Assembly: GCA_937625935.1 (NCBI GenBank)
Contig: OW569347.1
Span: forward strand, 248,001 to 312,000
DNA length: 64,000 nucleotides
DNA from: Tetramitus jugosus
Lineage: Eukaryota > Protista > Heterolobosea
Direction: 5' to 3'
Part shown: positions 10,492-20,592 of the stretch, piece after piece
How the letters are laid out: each line of letters opens with the position of its first letter
How positions within the stretch are numbered: position 1 is the stretch's first letter
Position numbers and translations under genes: made by a program
The notes under the pieces: model-generated
Seen by the model: the letters and a program-made list of their open reading frames with translations, nothing else
Databases searched by the model: none
What the model was told of the DNA's origin: nothing

Positions 10492-10730
10492 ATACGGCAA
10501 CAGCCGTTATGCAGTGTGGACCACTGCACGGAAAGGCTCTAGGCCAAGTGACAGAGAGGTCGTCATTACTGGCAACGGTAATGGTGTCTCTCAGTCATAT
10601 TTGGCAAGAAAGATAGGAGAGGAGTTTGGTGACTGGCTCAACCGAGTCCAGGTCATCAAGAGGAAAGGCCAGCACATGGTTGTATGGAAAAAAAAATTTT
10701 TGACTACTCGGGTATTCGACGACTCGGGTG
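10492..10730 (+). ncRNA. unidentified structured RNA with Sm-site consensus and 3' stem-loop
   Basis: Six consecutive hairpins including a ~28-bp stem with a GCAA tetraloop; wobbles are G-U only on +; AATTTTTGA at 10695-10703. Confidence 0.65.
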
Positions 10731-10889
10731 CTCCAAATCTTGCATTCACAACGTTTCATAGGTCGTGTATTTGGTAGTTGGTTTTCCATTGTTTGTTGTT
10801 TTCAGATGAACAAAACCTATTCCTTTTTTCAGTCGGAGGTATTTTTGGTTCCTCCCGAAAAAAACACCACAGCCCAACAACAAGACATC

Positions 10890-11790
10890 ATGCACAGTCA
10901 ATCATTTGTTCGTTCTTCGTCGTTTGCTCATGCAGCCTATGTGGCTTCCATGACCAATGTCTCTCCACTGTTCATTCCCAGCATCTCCTGTCTCAGTGTA
11001 CAAATCAACAACAATAATCACACTGCCTTATCGACCGATGTGGGTGGTTCGTCATGTGCTGCATTCGTTTCGCACGTGGCAACAAAAAGGTACGATATTT
11101 TATGCATGCACAGTTGTTGTTGTTGACTTGTCATGACTCACTTTTTTGATCAAATGTGGTTTAACACAACTAATAATAATAATAACAATGATTGATTGAC
11201 TGTGAATGATGAATGATGATGATAGTGAGATGAGTCTCGAAGGGATCAAGTTTCTTGAGCGCGTGTCAGACAAGATTATGATTGAATGTGGTCCCAAGAT
11301 TTCCGAAATTGTGTTGAACGAACTGAACAAGAGCAGCAACAGCACGAACATTAACAACGGACAAAATATTTTTTCGTTCAAAGAGGTAGGAGCAGCAAAT
11401 CCATCTTGGCTCTTTTCTCTGCCATTTCCAACTGCTTCCTCCACTCCAAAACAACCAAAGCTTTCGACACAACAACAAGATCAACAGAAGGAGAATGAAT
11501 CAACAATGTCTGATACGGCATCTTGGCAAGGAGTCATGCAGCTGTGCAAGGAATCATTGGATAGAATGACCAATTCTCTGTTGAGAATAGCTTTGTCTAT
11601 TGCTCAAGGTTTCTCTCTGTTGAGTCAATCTGTGTTTGCAAAGCACAGGACATGGATCAGTCAGAGCGTGTTTTTGTTGTGTTGTTACACGGTGAGCAGT
11701 ACGTTGATATCGCAGGATGATCAGTCCTTGTTTACAGATTGCATTTCTCGTGTGTTGAGTGCTTGGAATGAGCAAGCTCCAATGGAATAA
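10890..11790 (+). CDS. hypothetical protein, 2 exons
   Basis: Phase-2 intron 11090-11225 (GTACGA...ATAG) joins the ORFs (ATKS|EMSLEG). Confidence 0.6.
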
Positions 11791-11894
11791 GCATAAATGA
11801 ACCAACATGTAATAAAGGGACAACAAGAAAAACTGTAAAATCGGAGCTCAAATAGGAAAATCTGATTGAAACAAAAAAGCAGAAAAAACAAAAA

Positions 11895-12782
11895 ATGCAG
11901 AACAACAACAACAACAATAACAACAATAGCAACAGTGATCACGATTTGACGACTGGAGAAACCGAAACCAATTCATGGGTTTCAGAATGGAAATCCAATG
12001 TTGTCAATCGTGTCGGTAGTTCACTTGGTTTCACTGCTGTCGCTTCTGCTGCTTTTTATGCACTCGATCGTTTCAAACACAACCGAACAACAATGGAAAC
12101 AATGAATCACTCCGAGGCCACAACTACTACTAATGCCATGCGTAAACTAGCACCCTTTCATAAAACAAGAGCTTTTCGAACCATTAATTTCGCAGCCAAT
12201 GTAACTTCAATGACATTTCTGTACTTTGGATGTCAACAATACCTAAAGATGAATTCTGTGAGATTGTTGCCAAAATTTGGTGGTGGTGAAAAAACAGCAG
12301 TACAAGAAGAAACAAGCAAGAATGGTACGGTTCCATTGAGTGAGAGTGAGCGATTGGCACAGCATGCTCTCTCGGGTTTTGTGACTGGAAGTGTCATGCA
12401 TTTTTTGATGCAACCGAATCGAGTTTTGCATTCGTGGAGATTGGGTCTGTTGTTTGCATTGGGTGCCACTGCAACAGTGAAGGGGTATGATCAGTTCACA
12501 TGGTGGAAATTCAATCGACTGATTCGATTGGAGGAAGAACAGAAGAGAATAGAAGAGATGAAAGCACTGGGTCAATACACTGAAGAAGAACAAGAATTGA
12601 GATCGTGGTTCGACAGAATGTATGACCGGTTGCCAGAGTGGCTGAGAAAGGAAGATGAAGACACCGCAGAGCTACGGCAGAAGTATAATGATATTCGAAT
12701 AGCCAGAGATGAGATTCGGCAGTTGGCAGAGTTGGAGCAAGAAGAATATCAAAGACAACAACAGCAACAACAAAAGAAATAA
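11895..12782 (+). CDS. membrane protein, Tim17/22/23-like, with C-terminal coiled coil
   Basis: Small-residue TM helices, e.g. HALSGFVTGSVM and GLLFALGA. Confidence 0.5.
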   Translation: MQNNNNNNNNNSNSDHDLTTGETETNSWVSEWKSNVVNRVGSSLGFTAVASAAFYALDRFKHNRTTMETMNHSEATTTTNAMRKLAPFHKTRAFRTINFAANVTSMTFLYFGCQQYLKMNSVRLLPKFGGGEKTAVQEETSKNGTVPLSESERLAQHALSGFVTGSVMHFLMQPNRVLHSWRLGLLFALGATATVKGYDQFTWWKFNRLIRLEEEQKRIEEMKALGQYTEEEQELRSWFDRMYDRLPEWLRKEDEDTAELRQKYNDIRIARDEIRQLAELEQEEYQRQQQQQQKK

Positions 12783-12812
12783 AGGAGATCACGAGAGTGA
12801 GCACTTTAATAT

Positions 12813-14477
12813 TTAGTTTCCAAAGTCAATTCCTTGAGCAAGAGGCAACTTGGAGCCATAGTTGATGGTGACAGTGGATTGCTTCATGTATTGCTTCCAT
12901 GCATCACTGCCAGATTCACGACCACCACCAGTTTGCTTCTCACCTCCGAAGGCTCCTCCGATTTCAGCACCGTTGGTTGGAATGTTGACATTGACAATAC
13001 CAGTATCAGATCCCAATGGTCCGATCCAGTTGAACACATCACTTGGGTTTTGAGTGAAGATGGATGCAGACAAACCGTGGTGAGATCCCTTGTTGTTGAT
13101 GTGGACCAAATCTTCGAAGCCTCCCTTGGCCTTCAACACGTACAAGATTGGTACAAATGTCTCTTGCTTGACAATGTCAGCAGTGTGATCAATCTCAATA
13201 ATAGTTGGCTCAACATAGTTTCCTTGCAAGTGATCCAAGACATTGCCACCAAACAGAACCTTACCACCTTGCTTCTTGGCCTCAACAATAGCGCTTTGAT
13301 AGTTCTTGACTGCTTGAGCAGTGTGCAATGGACCGCACAAAACACCCTTCTCCAATGGATTGCCAACCTTGACAGACTTGTATGCACTGACCAACTTTTG
13401 AACAACAGTATCGTACAAGCTCTCATGGATGATCAATCTACGGCATGTGGTACATCTCTGACCAGCGGTACCAACGGATGCAAACAGAGTGGCTCTGACA
13501 ACCATCTCTACATTGGCATCAGGCATCACCAAAATGGCATTGTTTCCACCCAACTCCAACAAGCATCTTCCGAATCTATCATTGACAAGCTCTCTCACCT
13601 TCTTACCAATAGGTGTGCTACCAGTGAAGGACACTAGGTCCATTTGTGGATCTCTGGCAATAGCCTCACCAATCTGTGAACCACCGGTAAAGGTAGTGGC
13701 AATCAGTCCAGCGTATGGAACATTGTTCTCCTCCAACACTTCGGCCATAATTCTACCAACGGCAATCGTAGTCAATGATGTGGATGGAGCACCCTTCCAG
13801 ACACACAAATTTCCACAAACCATGGCAATGGCAGCGTTCCATCCATAGACGGCACATGGGAAATTGAATGCAGTAATAATACCGACAGCACCGAGTGGAT
13901 TCCAAGTCTCAAACATGACGTGCTCTGGTCTTTCACTAGGAATCACCTTACCATTGATCATTCTGGACAAACCAGTTGCATAGTCACAAATGTCAATAAA
14001 CTCTTGAACTTCACCCAATCCTTCAGCTTGGATCTTACCCATCTCCAATGAAACAAGCTTTCCCAATGGTTCCTTCTTTTGTCTCAAACGATCACCAATC
14101 TGTCTCACAATTTCACCTCTGAGTGGTGCTGGAACTTGTGCCCATGCTCTCTTTGCCTTCTCATAGTCTGGATGAGTGGTCACACTGTGATATTGCTCTG
14201 CAGTAGGCACAGACACAGTTGCAATGGATTCGTTGGTGGCAGGGTTGACACTAGTGATCATCTCATTGGCCTTACCATGGTGCCACTTACCATTGTAGTA
14301 TGCACCAGCATTGTTCTCTGCTTGGAGACCCAACTCTGCCAAGAATGGATATTGGTCAAATGTCAGTTGCTTGGAGTAGTGTGCAACACAAGGTGTAGCT
14401 CTCATGGTGGAGGTGGAGACACCAGTGGTGGAGCGCTTGGTGAGTGTGTTGATTGATCTTGTGGCAAATTGCTTCAT
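12813..14477 (-). CDS. ALDH7A1: aldehyde dehydrogenase family 7 (antiquitin) with mitochondrial-type presequence
   Basis: [51 protein letters not shown]. Confidence 0.96.
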   Translation of the reverse strand: MKQFATRSINTLTKRSTTGVSTSTMRATPCVAHYSKQLTFDQYPFLAELGLQAENNAGAYYNGKWHHGKANEMITSVNPATNESIATVSVPTAEQYHSVTTHPDYEKAKRAWAQVPAPLRGEIVRQIGDRLRQKKEPLGKLVSLEMGKIQAEGLGEVQEFIDICDYATGLSRMINGKVIPSERPEHVMFETWNPLGAVGIITAFNFPCAVYGWNAAIAMVCGNLCVWKGAPSTSLTTIAVGRIMAEVLEENNVPYAGLIATTFTGGSQIGEAIARDPQMDLVSFTGSTPIGKKVRELVNDRFGRCLLELGGNNAILVMPDANVEMVVRATLFASVGTAGQRCTTCRRLIIHESLYDTVVQKLVSAYKSVKVGNPLEKGVLCGPLHTAQAVKNYQSAIVEAKKQGGKVLFGGNVLDHLQGNYVEPTIIEIDHTADIVKQETFVPILYVLKAKGGFEDLVHINNKGSHHGLSASIFTQNPSDVFNWIGPLGSDTGIVNVNIPTNGAEIGGAFGGEKQTGGGRESGSDAWKQYMKQSTVTINYGSKLPLAQGIDFGN

Positions 14478-14640
14478 AGTGTTGTTGTTAAAGGGTGATG
14501 ATCTTCTTTTGCAAGGTTGGTTTGCTAGATTGTTTTTGCGACGATGGATAGGATTTTTCTGATGGCAGCGTCCAACAGCACAAACATGCGAAATCGGAGA
14601 TATTGCCGGACCTGTTTGCACGAAATCAAATTTATTGTAA

Positions 14641-14905
14641 GGTGCGATGAGGTGTTGGCTATGTGGTGATTGACCAAATATTTACATGGAAAGGACTCTC
14701 TGTTTGTGTTGTCAGATTCTTGAGGGACTGGACTTGCTTTTGTGCACCAATAGTGCCCACTACATTGTGGAATGGGCATCACAAACAGTGAGTAGTTGCT
14801 CTTCCACTATCATATCTTTTGCTTCAGACAAACACAGGAGAGAGTTTTAAGTGAGAGATGAAAAAGGCATTATTATATCTCTTTCTCGCACCCATCTGAG
14901 TCATC
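14641..14905 (+). ncRNA. candidate large structured RNA with C/D-like ends
   Basis: ~155-nt irregular rod hairpin 14692-14848 with G-U pairs on +; GCGATGA 14644-14650, CTGA 14896-14899. Confidence 0.4.
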
Positions 14906-14929
14906 ATTCCTCTCCAAGGACCAAAGAGC

Positions 14930-15625
14930 TTACATCTTAGGTATACTAATGATCAATTGTCCATTTTGGTCCACTGATCTCTTCATTGCATCAGGGTTCG
15001 TATCCCTAGGCAACGCAAACACCTTGTCAAACGGTTGAGCCAAATTTCGTGGTTGTGAGGGCACCGATGATGCCGATGATCTCTTGTACACCTTGAGACA
15101 CGCACCATGATCATCAAACACATCTACGCCAATATCATCTTCTGTACAGTCTCTCAGTCGACAAATGATTTGAACTTGATCTGCATCTTCAGTCATCCAT
15201 GATTCATTCGCAGGTAATGTCGACGATGAAGAAGCAGACGACGAAGCAGAAGCCAACATACCACCACTCTTTGAAGAACTGAATGGACAGCTCATGTTGT
15301 TGAGATCGTTGAATCCAATCCAGTGAATAGGTGAGTGAGTCATCATAGCAGAGCTATCACCACTACCTAGCAAATTTCTATTGTTGTTGTTCTCTTGTTG
15401 AAGCATGACGTCGTTGTTATAAATGTTGTTGTGATAATTGTTGTTGTATGACCGTTGTTGAGGAGAGTTGCTAAAAGTATTATGATCAGAAGTGTTATCG
15501 TACAAGGGTGAATGTGGCTGTTGCTGTTGTTGAGGTTGTCGTTGAGGTGAGATGGTCCTTGATTGTGGATGGTGGTGGTGAGGATGCAGTTGTAGTGATG
15601 CAATTTGTTGTTCAAGAGTTTTCAT
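14930..15625 (-). CDS. alpha-crystallin/HSP20-like domain protein with Q/N/H-rich N-terminus
   Basis: EDDIGVDV...FDKVFALPRDTNPDAMKRSVDQNGQLIISIPK. Confidence 0.75.
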   Translation of the reverse strand: MKTLEQQIASLQLHPHHHHPQSRTISPQRQPQQQQQPHSPLYDNTSDHNTFSNSPQQRSYNNNYHNNIYNNDVMLQQENNNNRNLLGSGDSSAMMTHSPIHWIGFNDLNNMSCPFSSSKSGGMLASASSSASSSSTLPANESWMTEDADQVQIICRLRDCTEDDIGVDVFDDHGACLKVYKRSSASSVPSQPRNLAQPFDKVFALPRDTNPDAMKRSVDQNGQLIISIPKM

Positions 15626-15859
15626 GGTGGTTGGAGGGAAATAGGTGGATCTGTCTCTTCTTATAAGATGATTAAAAACGTGTTGTCAACTGGTTCGATC
15701 AATTGTGTTGGTATTTTTGATTTTGGACACCGGCCAAGATGTGGAAAAAAATGGTGTTTGTGAGATGATATTTTGGCCGCTCCTTTCGCGAGAATCAATT
15801 CCCAGATATCCCTCCAACGAGGTCCCTATGGAGAAGAAACACTATACTTAGGAGGTGTC

Positions 15860-17263
15860 TCAGCCTAGATTCTTATAATTATAGAGAACTTGTTCCATCT
15901 GAGTGAAATGGTGAATGAACTCCTCAGTTCCTATTCCATACTTTTCATACTGGTGGACGTAAGCTTTGGAGTAGAACATCTCTGATGCTTTCTGCAGAGT
16001 CCGATCCAGAGGGACAACAACTGATTGGGAGTTGGACAACAAAACCGCGGATTTGTCAAACTTGTTGAAATTCTTATCGATAGTGGACAACATTAGTCTA
16101 TCCTTCTTCTCCACCCATGGAGCATAAGCCAGAGGATGTCTGAATTTATCGATAGTGTCTTGGGTGATTTCATTCAATCCTTGTCCACGAAGAATTAAAA
16201 GATTTGATACACTTTTGTTAACATGACTACTTCGAGATCTATCTAAAGCAGACATCCGATAACTACTGTGAACATCAGGCAGTTTGATACTCCAGTTGAT
16301 CTTTTCTTCTATTTTGGCATCAGCAATCAGCATTTGATGTAAATGTTTAAGGAGACCTTGCCACATGAAACTGCTGTACTGTTTTGATTTTGTAGATATC
16401 TGAGGAATGGCTTTCGTGGTCAACAGACGATAACCTGGATGGGAGCATAGTGCGCGAAGAGGGTCAGCCCACAACTGCATCCACGACTCTCGTCTGAGTA
16501 GATTGTCGGATGCGATGGAGGACAAGTAGGAAGGGAGTAAAATATTGGCAAGGGCATTTGATATTACTTGATTCATATCTTGAAAGGAGGGGCTGGGTAT
16601 ATTCAAGAGTCTATTGCATGTCAAATTCAACATGTCATTGTCGAAAATGATTACTGCATCGCTGTGTTCCAGAAGAGTAGATAGAGTTAGAACTGTATTG
16701 TAATTTTGAACAATGACTTCACCTGAGGAGTAAGGCCACACCACTTGGTTCACGATGAACGATCGTTCGTATTCATCTCTCAGATTCTGGGCAATGTAAG
16801 CACCAAGACCGCTCCCTGTTCCTCCTGCCAGGCTAGACATGAGCATAAAACCTCCAAAATAATCACATCTCTCCACTTCTTTCCGTATTATGTCTTGGAC
16901 ACTGAATTGATTCGAGGAGCAGCTGTGAAGATAGGAATTTGGTCCATGAACATTGAAACCATACGCCCAATTATTGGCTGAACCACTCTGCTTGAAGTAT
17001 TGTGCAGAGCTATCATATTGAAACATGCCACTCTTTTGTGCCGACATAGAGGTTTGTTGAATCACCTTGGGTTCCATATCAATCATAGCGGATCGAGCAA
17101 CTCGTTTCCCTTGATGATCATATCTGAAGAACGCATCGAGAGCATACTCTGAGAAATCCTTCACAGAGGATGTTTCACTCTCGATTTCTCGGCACAACAT
17201 TTCAAACAGAGCTCCGCCTACTTGATTTCCACATTGACCTAGTTGTACTGTTACCAATGACAT
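15860..17263 (-). CDS. TUBD1: delta-tubulin
   Basis: MSLVTVQLGQCGNQVG, DMEPKVI, GSANNWAYG, AGGTGSGLG, GEVIVQNYN, KAYVHQYEKYG. Confidence 0.95.
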   Translation of the reverse strand: MSLVTVQLGQCGNQVGGALFEMLCREIESETSSVKDFSEYALDAFFRYDHQGKRVARSAMIDMEPKVIQQTSMSAQKSGMFQYDSSAQYFKQSGSANNWAYGFNVHGPNSYLHSCSSNQFSVQDIIRKEVERCDYFGGFMLMSSLAGGTGSGLGAYIAQNLRDEYERSFIVNQVVWPYSSGEVIVQNYNTVLTLSTLLEHSDAVIIFDNDMLNLTCNRLLNIPSPSFQDMNQVISNALANILLPSYLSSIASDNLLRRESWMQLWADPLRALCSHPGYRLLTTKAIPQISTKSKQYSSFMWQGLLKHLHQMLIADAKIEEKINWSIKLPDVHSSYRMSALDRSRSSHVNKSVSNLLILRGQGLNEITQDTIDKFRHPLAYAPWVEKKDRLMLSTIDKNFNKFDKSAVLLSNSQSVVVPLDRTLQKASEMFYSKAYVHQYEKYGIGTEEFIHHFTQMEQVLYNYKNLG

Positions 17264-17279
17264 AGTTGTTGTTAATGTA

Positions 17280-17322
17280 TTTCCCGCCAGAAACTTTCAA
17301 TTTTCAATCAGATGGCGCCAAA
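17280..17322. promoter_or_regulatory. two E2F-like sites in a bidirectional promoter
   Basis: TTTCCCGCC (+, 17280-17288) and TTTGGCGCC (-, 17314-17322). Confidence 0.45.
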
Positions 17323-17377
17323 TTTTGTTTAACAAGAAAACACTCAGAAGTTTCGCTCAACAGTTGAGAGAACGAAC

Positions 17378-19501
17378 ATGTACGGAGATGTGAGTGTATC
17401 AGATGTACTACATGACGTAGAAAGTTGGGAACAGTTGGAAAGTGAACGTATGAAAATGTAAGTGATATTTTCTTAGTTTCAGTTCAGATGCAAAGTGATA
17501 TAGACCTGTATCGACCAACAAATTGTTGTTTAACAACAGTCGAAGAAAAAGAGAAGCTTTGGAGTTTAAGATGAATAAGAGACGCGAGAATATGGATGAA
17601 TCGTCAACCTTTCGTAAAGATTTTTATCACGATCAATACGAAGCAGTCCTTGAAGCACAGAAGAGAGCAAAAACTAGAAATGAAGCTCTTTTGAAGAATT
17701 TAGAAGAAACAATAGTCAAATTAAACATTATGGAAAGCTCGCATTTCATTCGATCTGAAGTTCAACTCGAATTAGCAAAGAGGGACTTCGAGAAAATGAT
17801 GAGTCAAATAGAGATCCAGAAGAAGCACAACCAAACAAGAAGTGAAGCGATCAAGCTAAGAGAAAATTTTTCTCCACGAAACACAGTAGAGGATGGTAAA
17901 GAAACTCGTCCAGTGTCAGATGGATCCAAATCATTCTCCCCCGGTGCAATAGACGAAACACCACTCGATACTTTGAGAGAAAGAAACGAGAATCCGATGA
18001 TTACTATTTCGCCTGATATGAGACCTCTTCAATCAGTATGTTATACTTATTCATTTGGCTACTTTTCACTTTCTGACAATAGATGTAGTTTGTTCCATCC
18101 ATCACAAAGAACATTGTAAAGGATCCTATTCGAGATGCGCCAGAAGACGAAAAGGATGAAAGAGAAGAAAGAGAAGATCCGAAATCAAGCATTGAATTTA
18201 AAGGAGTCAGTACTACAGAGAAGAATTCGAAACAAAGAGAAGAAGATAAAGAAGTTGAGATACTACCTGGCAAAACTTCGGACTCTCGTATTTACACTTC
18301 TTCCATATCCAAAGAAGGAAACCAGTCCAAGAAAACAAAGAATGATGATATCCAACTTGAGGAGAAAGAGGACGAGGACATGACAAATAGGACGACTATG
18401 ACAAGAACTCAATCTCCCATCTCTCCATTGGATACAACTAGCACAGGAGAGCCTACAGTAGTATCTAGGGACAGTAAGAGGAAGGGATGGGGAGGTTTTG
18501 GTGCAGTTAAGGCAATGGGAGGACTCCTATCAAAAATAAAGAGAGGAGTGGAGAAGGAATCTTCCTTGGATACTGGTGACTCATCTGATAGTGATAACTT
18601 GTATCCTAACCAAAAAGAGAATCAAACTATATCCTCATTAGTACAACGGATGTCTACAAGGGATTTAATCGATTCATTCCAAAATCTCAGTGCATCGATC
18701 GAGAAGGAACTTAGGGCTAGAATGGAGGAAAAGAAGAAAACAAGATTCAGTTACATGCTCCAACAAAAAGAGGAAGGATCTTCCACAGAGGGATTTCCAT
18801 ATGAATCGTTGGGAGCAGTCAAAGCTGATGTGAGAACAAAGCTCATAAAACACTTTGTGACTTCGCATCATTCCACGGACACTATTGAGTCAAGATGTAG
18901 AGCACTGTTGGATATCATCAAATTTTATCCTCAAACTATTCTAACAACTGAATTTAATTCAGATTTTCTCAGTGATCTTCCACCCATGTTTTCAGTGGAG
19001 GAAGTTATAGACGAGTACTTTAAAGGAGATGAAAATACAATATGGAAAGCGGTGGTATCGCACTTGTCAAAGGTCGTCGAGATTCAAGAAGCAAAGAAAA
19101 GTTTAATGTGTGAATTGTTTGCTGGTGTGTTGTACTCTCCAAGTGTTGGAAAGCAGGATAAGGATGTCGTCATTCAAAATCTCAAAGAATTTCTAAGGGG
19201 ATGTATCAAACTTCGAAGTACCTTGCAAAGAAGCCATTCTCCAAACATTGCCAATCGAGCGACGGTGATTGGAACTTCTTCTCAGACTACAAAAGATAAT
19301 GGATTGATCTCCTCCAAAGATCGCCCGGGTTCTCGGAACAAGGCATTTCTCTCCAAACCGAACCCCTTCTTGACAGCCACTGCCATTCGGAAGATAGGGA
19401 ATGATTCTGAGTCGGACAGTGAAGCAGAAGGTGCTTTCTCTCGTTATACCTCCTCGAAGAATGGAAAGGAGAAGAAAGAGGATTCAGACTCTGATTTTTG
19501 A
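17378..19501 (+). CDS. Kizuna-like centrosomal coiled-coil protein, 3 exons
   Basis: Introns ~17458-17539 and 18036-18088 keep the frame; RRKREALE...EAQKRAKTRNEALLKNLE...LELAKRDFE resembles the kizuna N-terminus as recalled. Confidence 0.55.
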
Positions 19502-19561
19502 AATCAGTGGGGATGATCAGCTCGAAAACGAAGTGGAATAAACCAAACATCTGAGTATGTA

Positions 19562-20485
19562 TTATTTCACACATATGATTGTGGTTACTCTGCGTTGGCA
19601 ACAACCGATAGAAGCATTTGGGCATGGATTGAATCTAGTGTCAGGTGCGCACTTGTCAGTGCAGCGACTGTGAACCTGGCCATCGACATATGTAGTTGAA
19701 GAACCACCTCCATCCAAATTAATGGCATGGACTGCTCCTAATTGCAACATGAGGTCGGTCATTTCGTACAAATCGAAGCCTTCCTTTGTAGGCTCATTAC
19801 CATCTACTTGAACCATAAGGAGACGCCCGTGCTTATCAACACCTATTGCCACTCTTGGTGCTTTCAAATTGATAAAGTAGCTTGAGATTTTCTCCAACTT
19901 GATCGACTCATGCAAATAAGAAGCTCCATTCTTGACTAACCATCCAGCTCCTTGGACCAACGAGCGGAATGAATGCTTTTTGATCGTCTCACAAGTTACA
20001 TAACCGGCGAGGAACTCTCCATGCTTGGTCAACCCAAAATTAGGAGTTGTTGAGCAACCAACATAAACCTCTGTTCCATTACCTGCTACTACATTACCAA
20101 TACAATCTCCTGAGGCAACAACGAAAAATCCAGCATTTGTAGCCGCTACACAGGAGCGCTCCTTTGCATTATCGTACACTGTTTGCTTATGACCACAACC
20201 ACCCTCTGGCAGCTCCACAGAAAAGTGATTCAATGGATTGGACAGAGTGATCACGTGAGCTTTCGTAGCTTTCACATTGGTGGAGTTGTATGTGTACTGT
20301 GGTTTGGCAGAGAGATCCTTTGCTGCAGCAAAAGTCACAAAATCATCCTTCTCTACGATAGAATTGGCGGGATTGTGCAAGTAGGGACTTAGAACAAACA
20401 TGGGGATGCTGGTTTCCTCTTGTTGGCCAAACACGACGGCAGCCAAGCAACAGACTGTAAGAATCAACACTTGAATAATTTTCAT
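19562..20485 (-). CDS. secreted phosphodiester glycosidase (NAGPA/uncovering-enzyme family)
   Basis: Signal peptide; NAGFF, GAGWLV, APRVAIG, AINLDGGGSST. Confidence 0.9.
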   Translation of the reverse strand: MKIIQVLILTVCCLAAVVFGQQEETSIPMFVLSPYLHNPANSIVEKDDFVTFAAAKDLSAKPQYTYNSTNVKATKAHVITLSNPLNHFSVELPEGGCGHKQTVYDNAKERSCVAATNAGFFVVASGDCIGNVVAGNGTEVYVGCSTTPNFGLTKHGEFLAGYVTCETIKKHSFRSLVQGAGWLVKNGASYLHESIKLEKISSYFINLKAPRVAIGVDKHGRLLMVQVDGNEPTKEGFDLYEMTDLMLQLGAVHAINLDGGGSSTTYVDGQVHSRCTDKCAPDTRFNPCPNASIGCCQRRVTTIICVK

Positions 20486-20592
20486 TTTGTTTAGTTGTTG
20501 AGAACGGGGTTATTCTGAACAGGGACGACATCTCAACTGCAAATCAAAATGGATTCAGTTGTCATTTTACAACTGGCATTTTTGTACAGAGA

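Noticed and set aside
10551-10557. U6 ACAGAGA box
   Set aside because: Not followed by AGATTAGC or the internal stem-loop, and it is buried in hairpin H3.
10349-10777. 142-aa ORF
   Set aside because: GTG start, antisense over the tRNA, no protein features; better explained by RNA genes.
12834-13637. 267-aa antisense ORF and the many similar shadow ORFs
   Set aside because: They lie opposite conserved genes and reflect codon bias.
14641-14905. RNase P/MRP identity (GGAAAG...ACCCA..GAGTC)
   Set aside because: The putative P4 lacks the bulged U and no P2 helix can be formed; kept only as an unidentified candidate.
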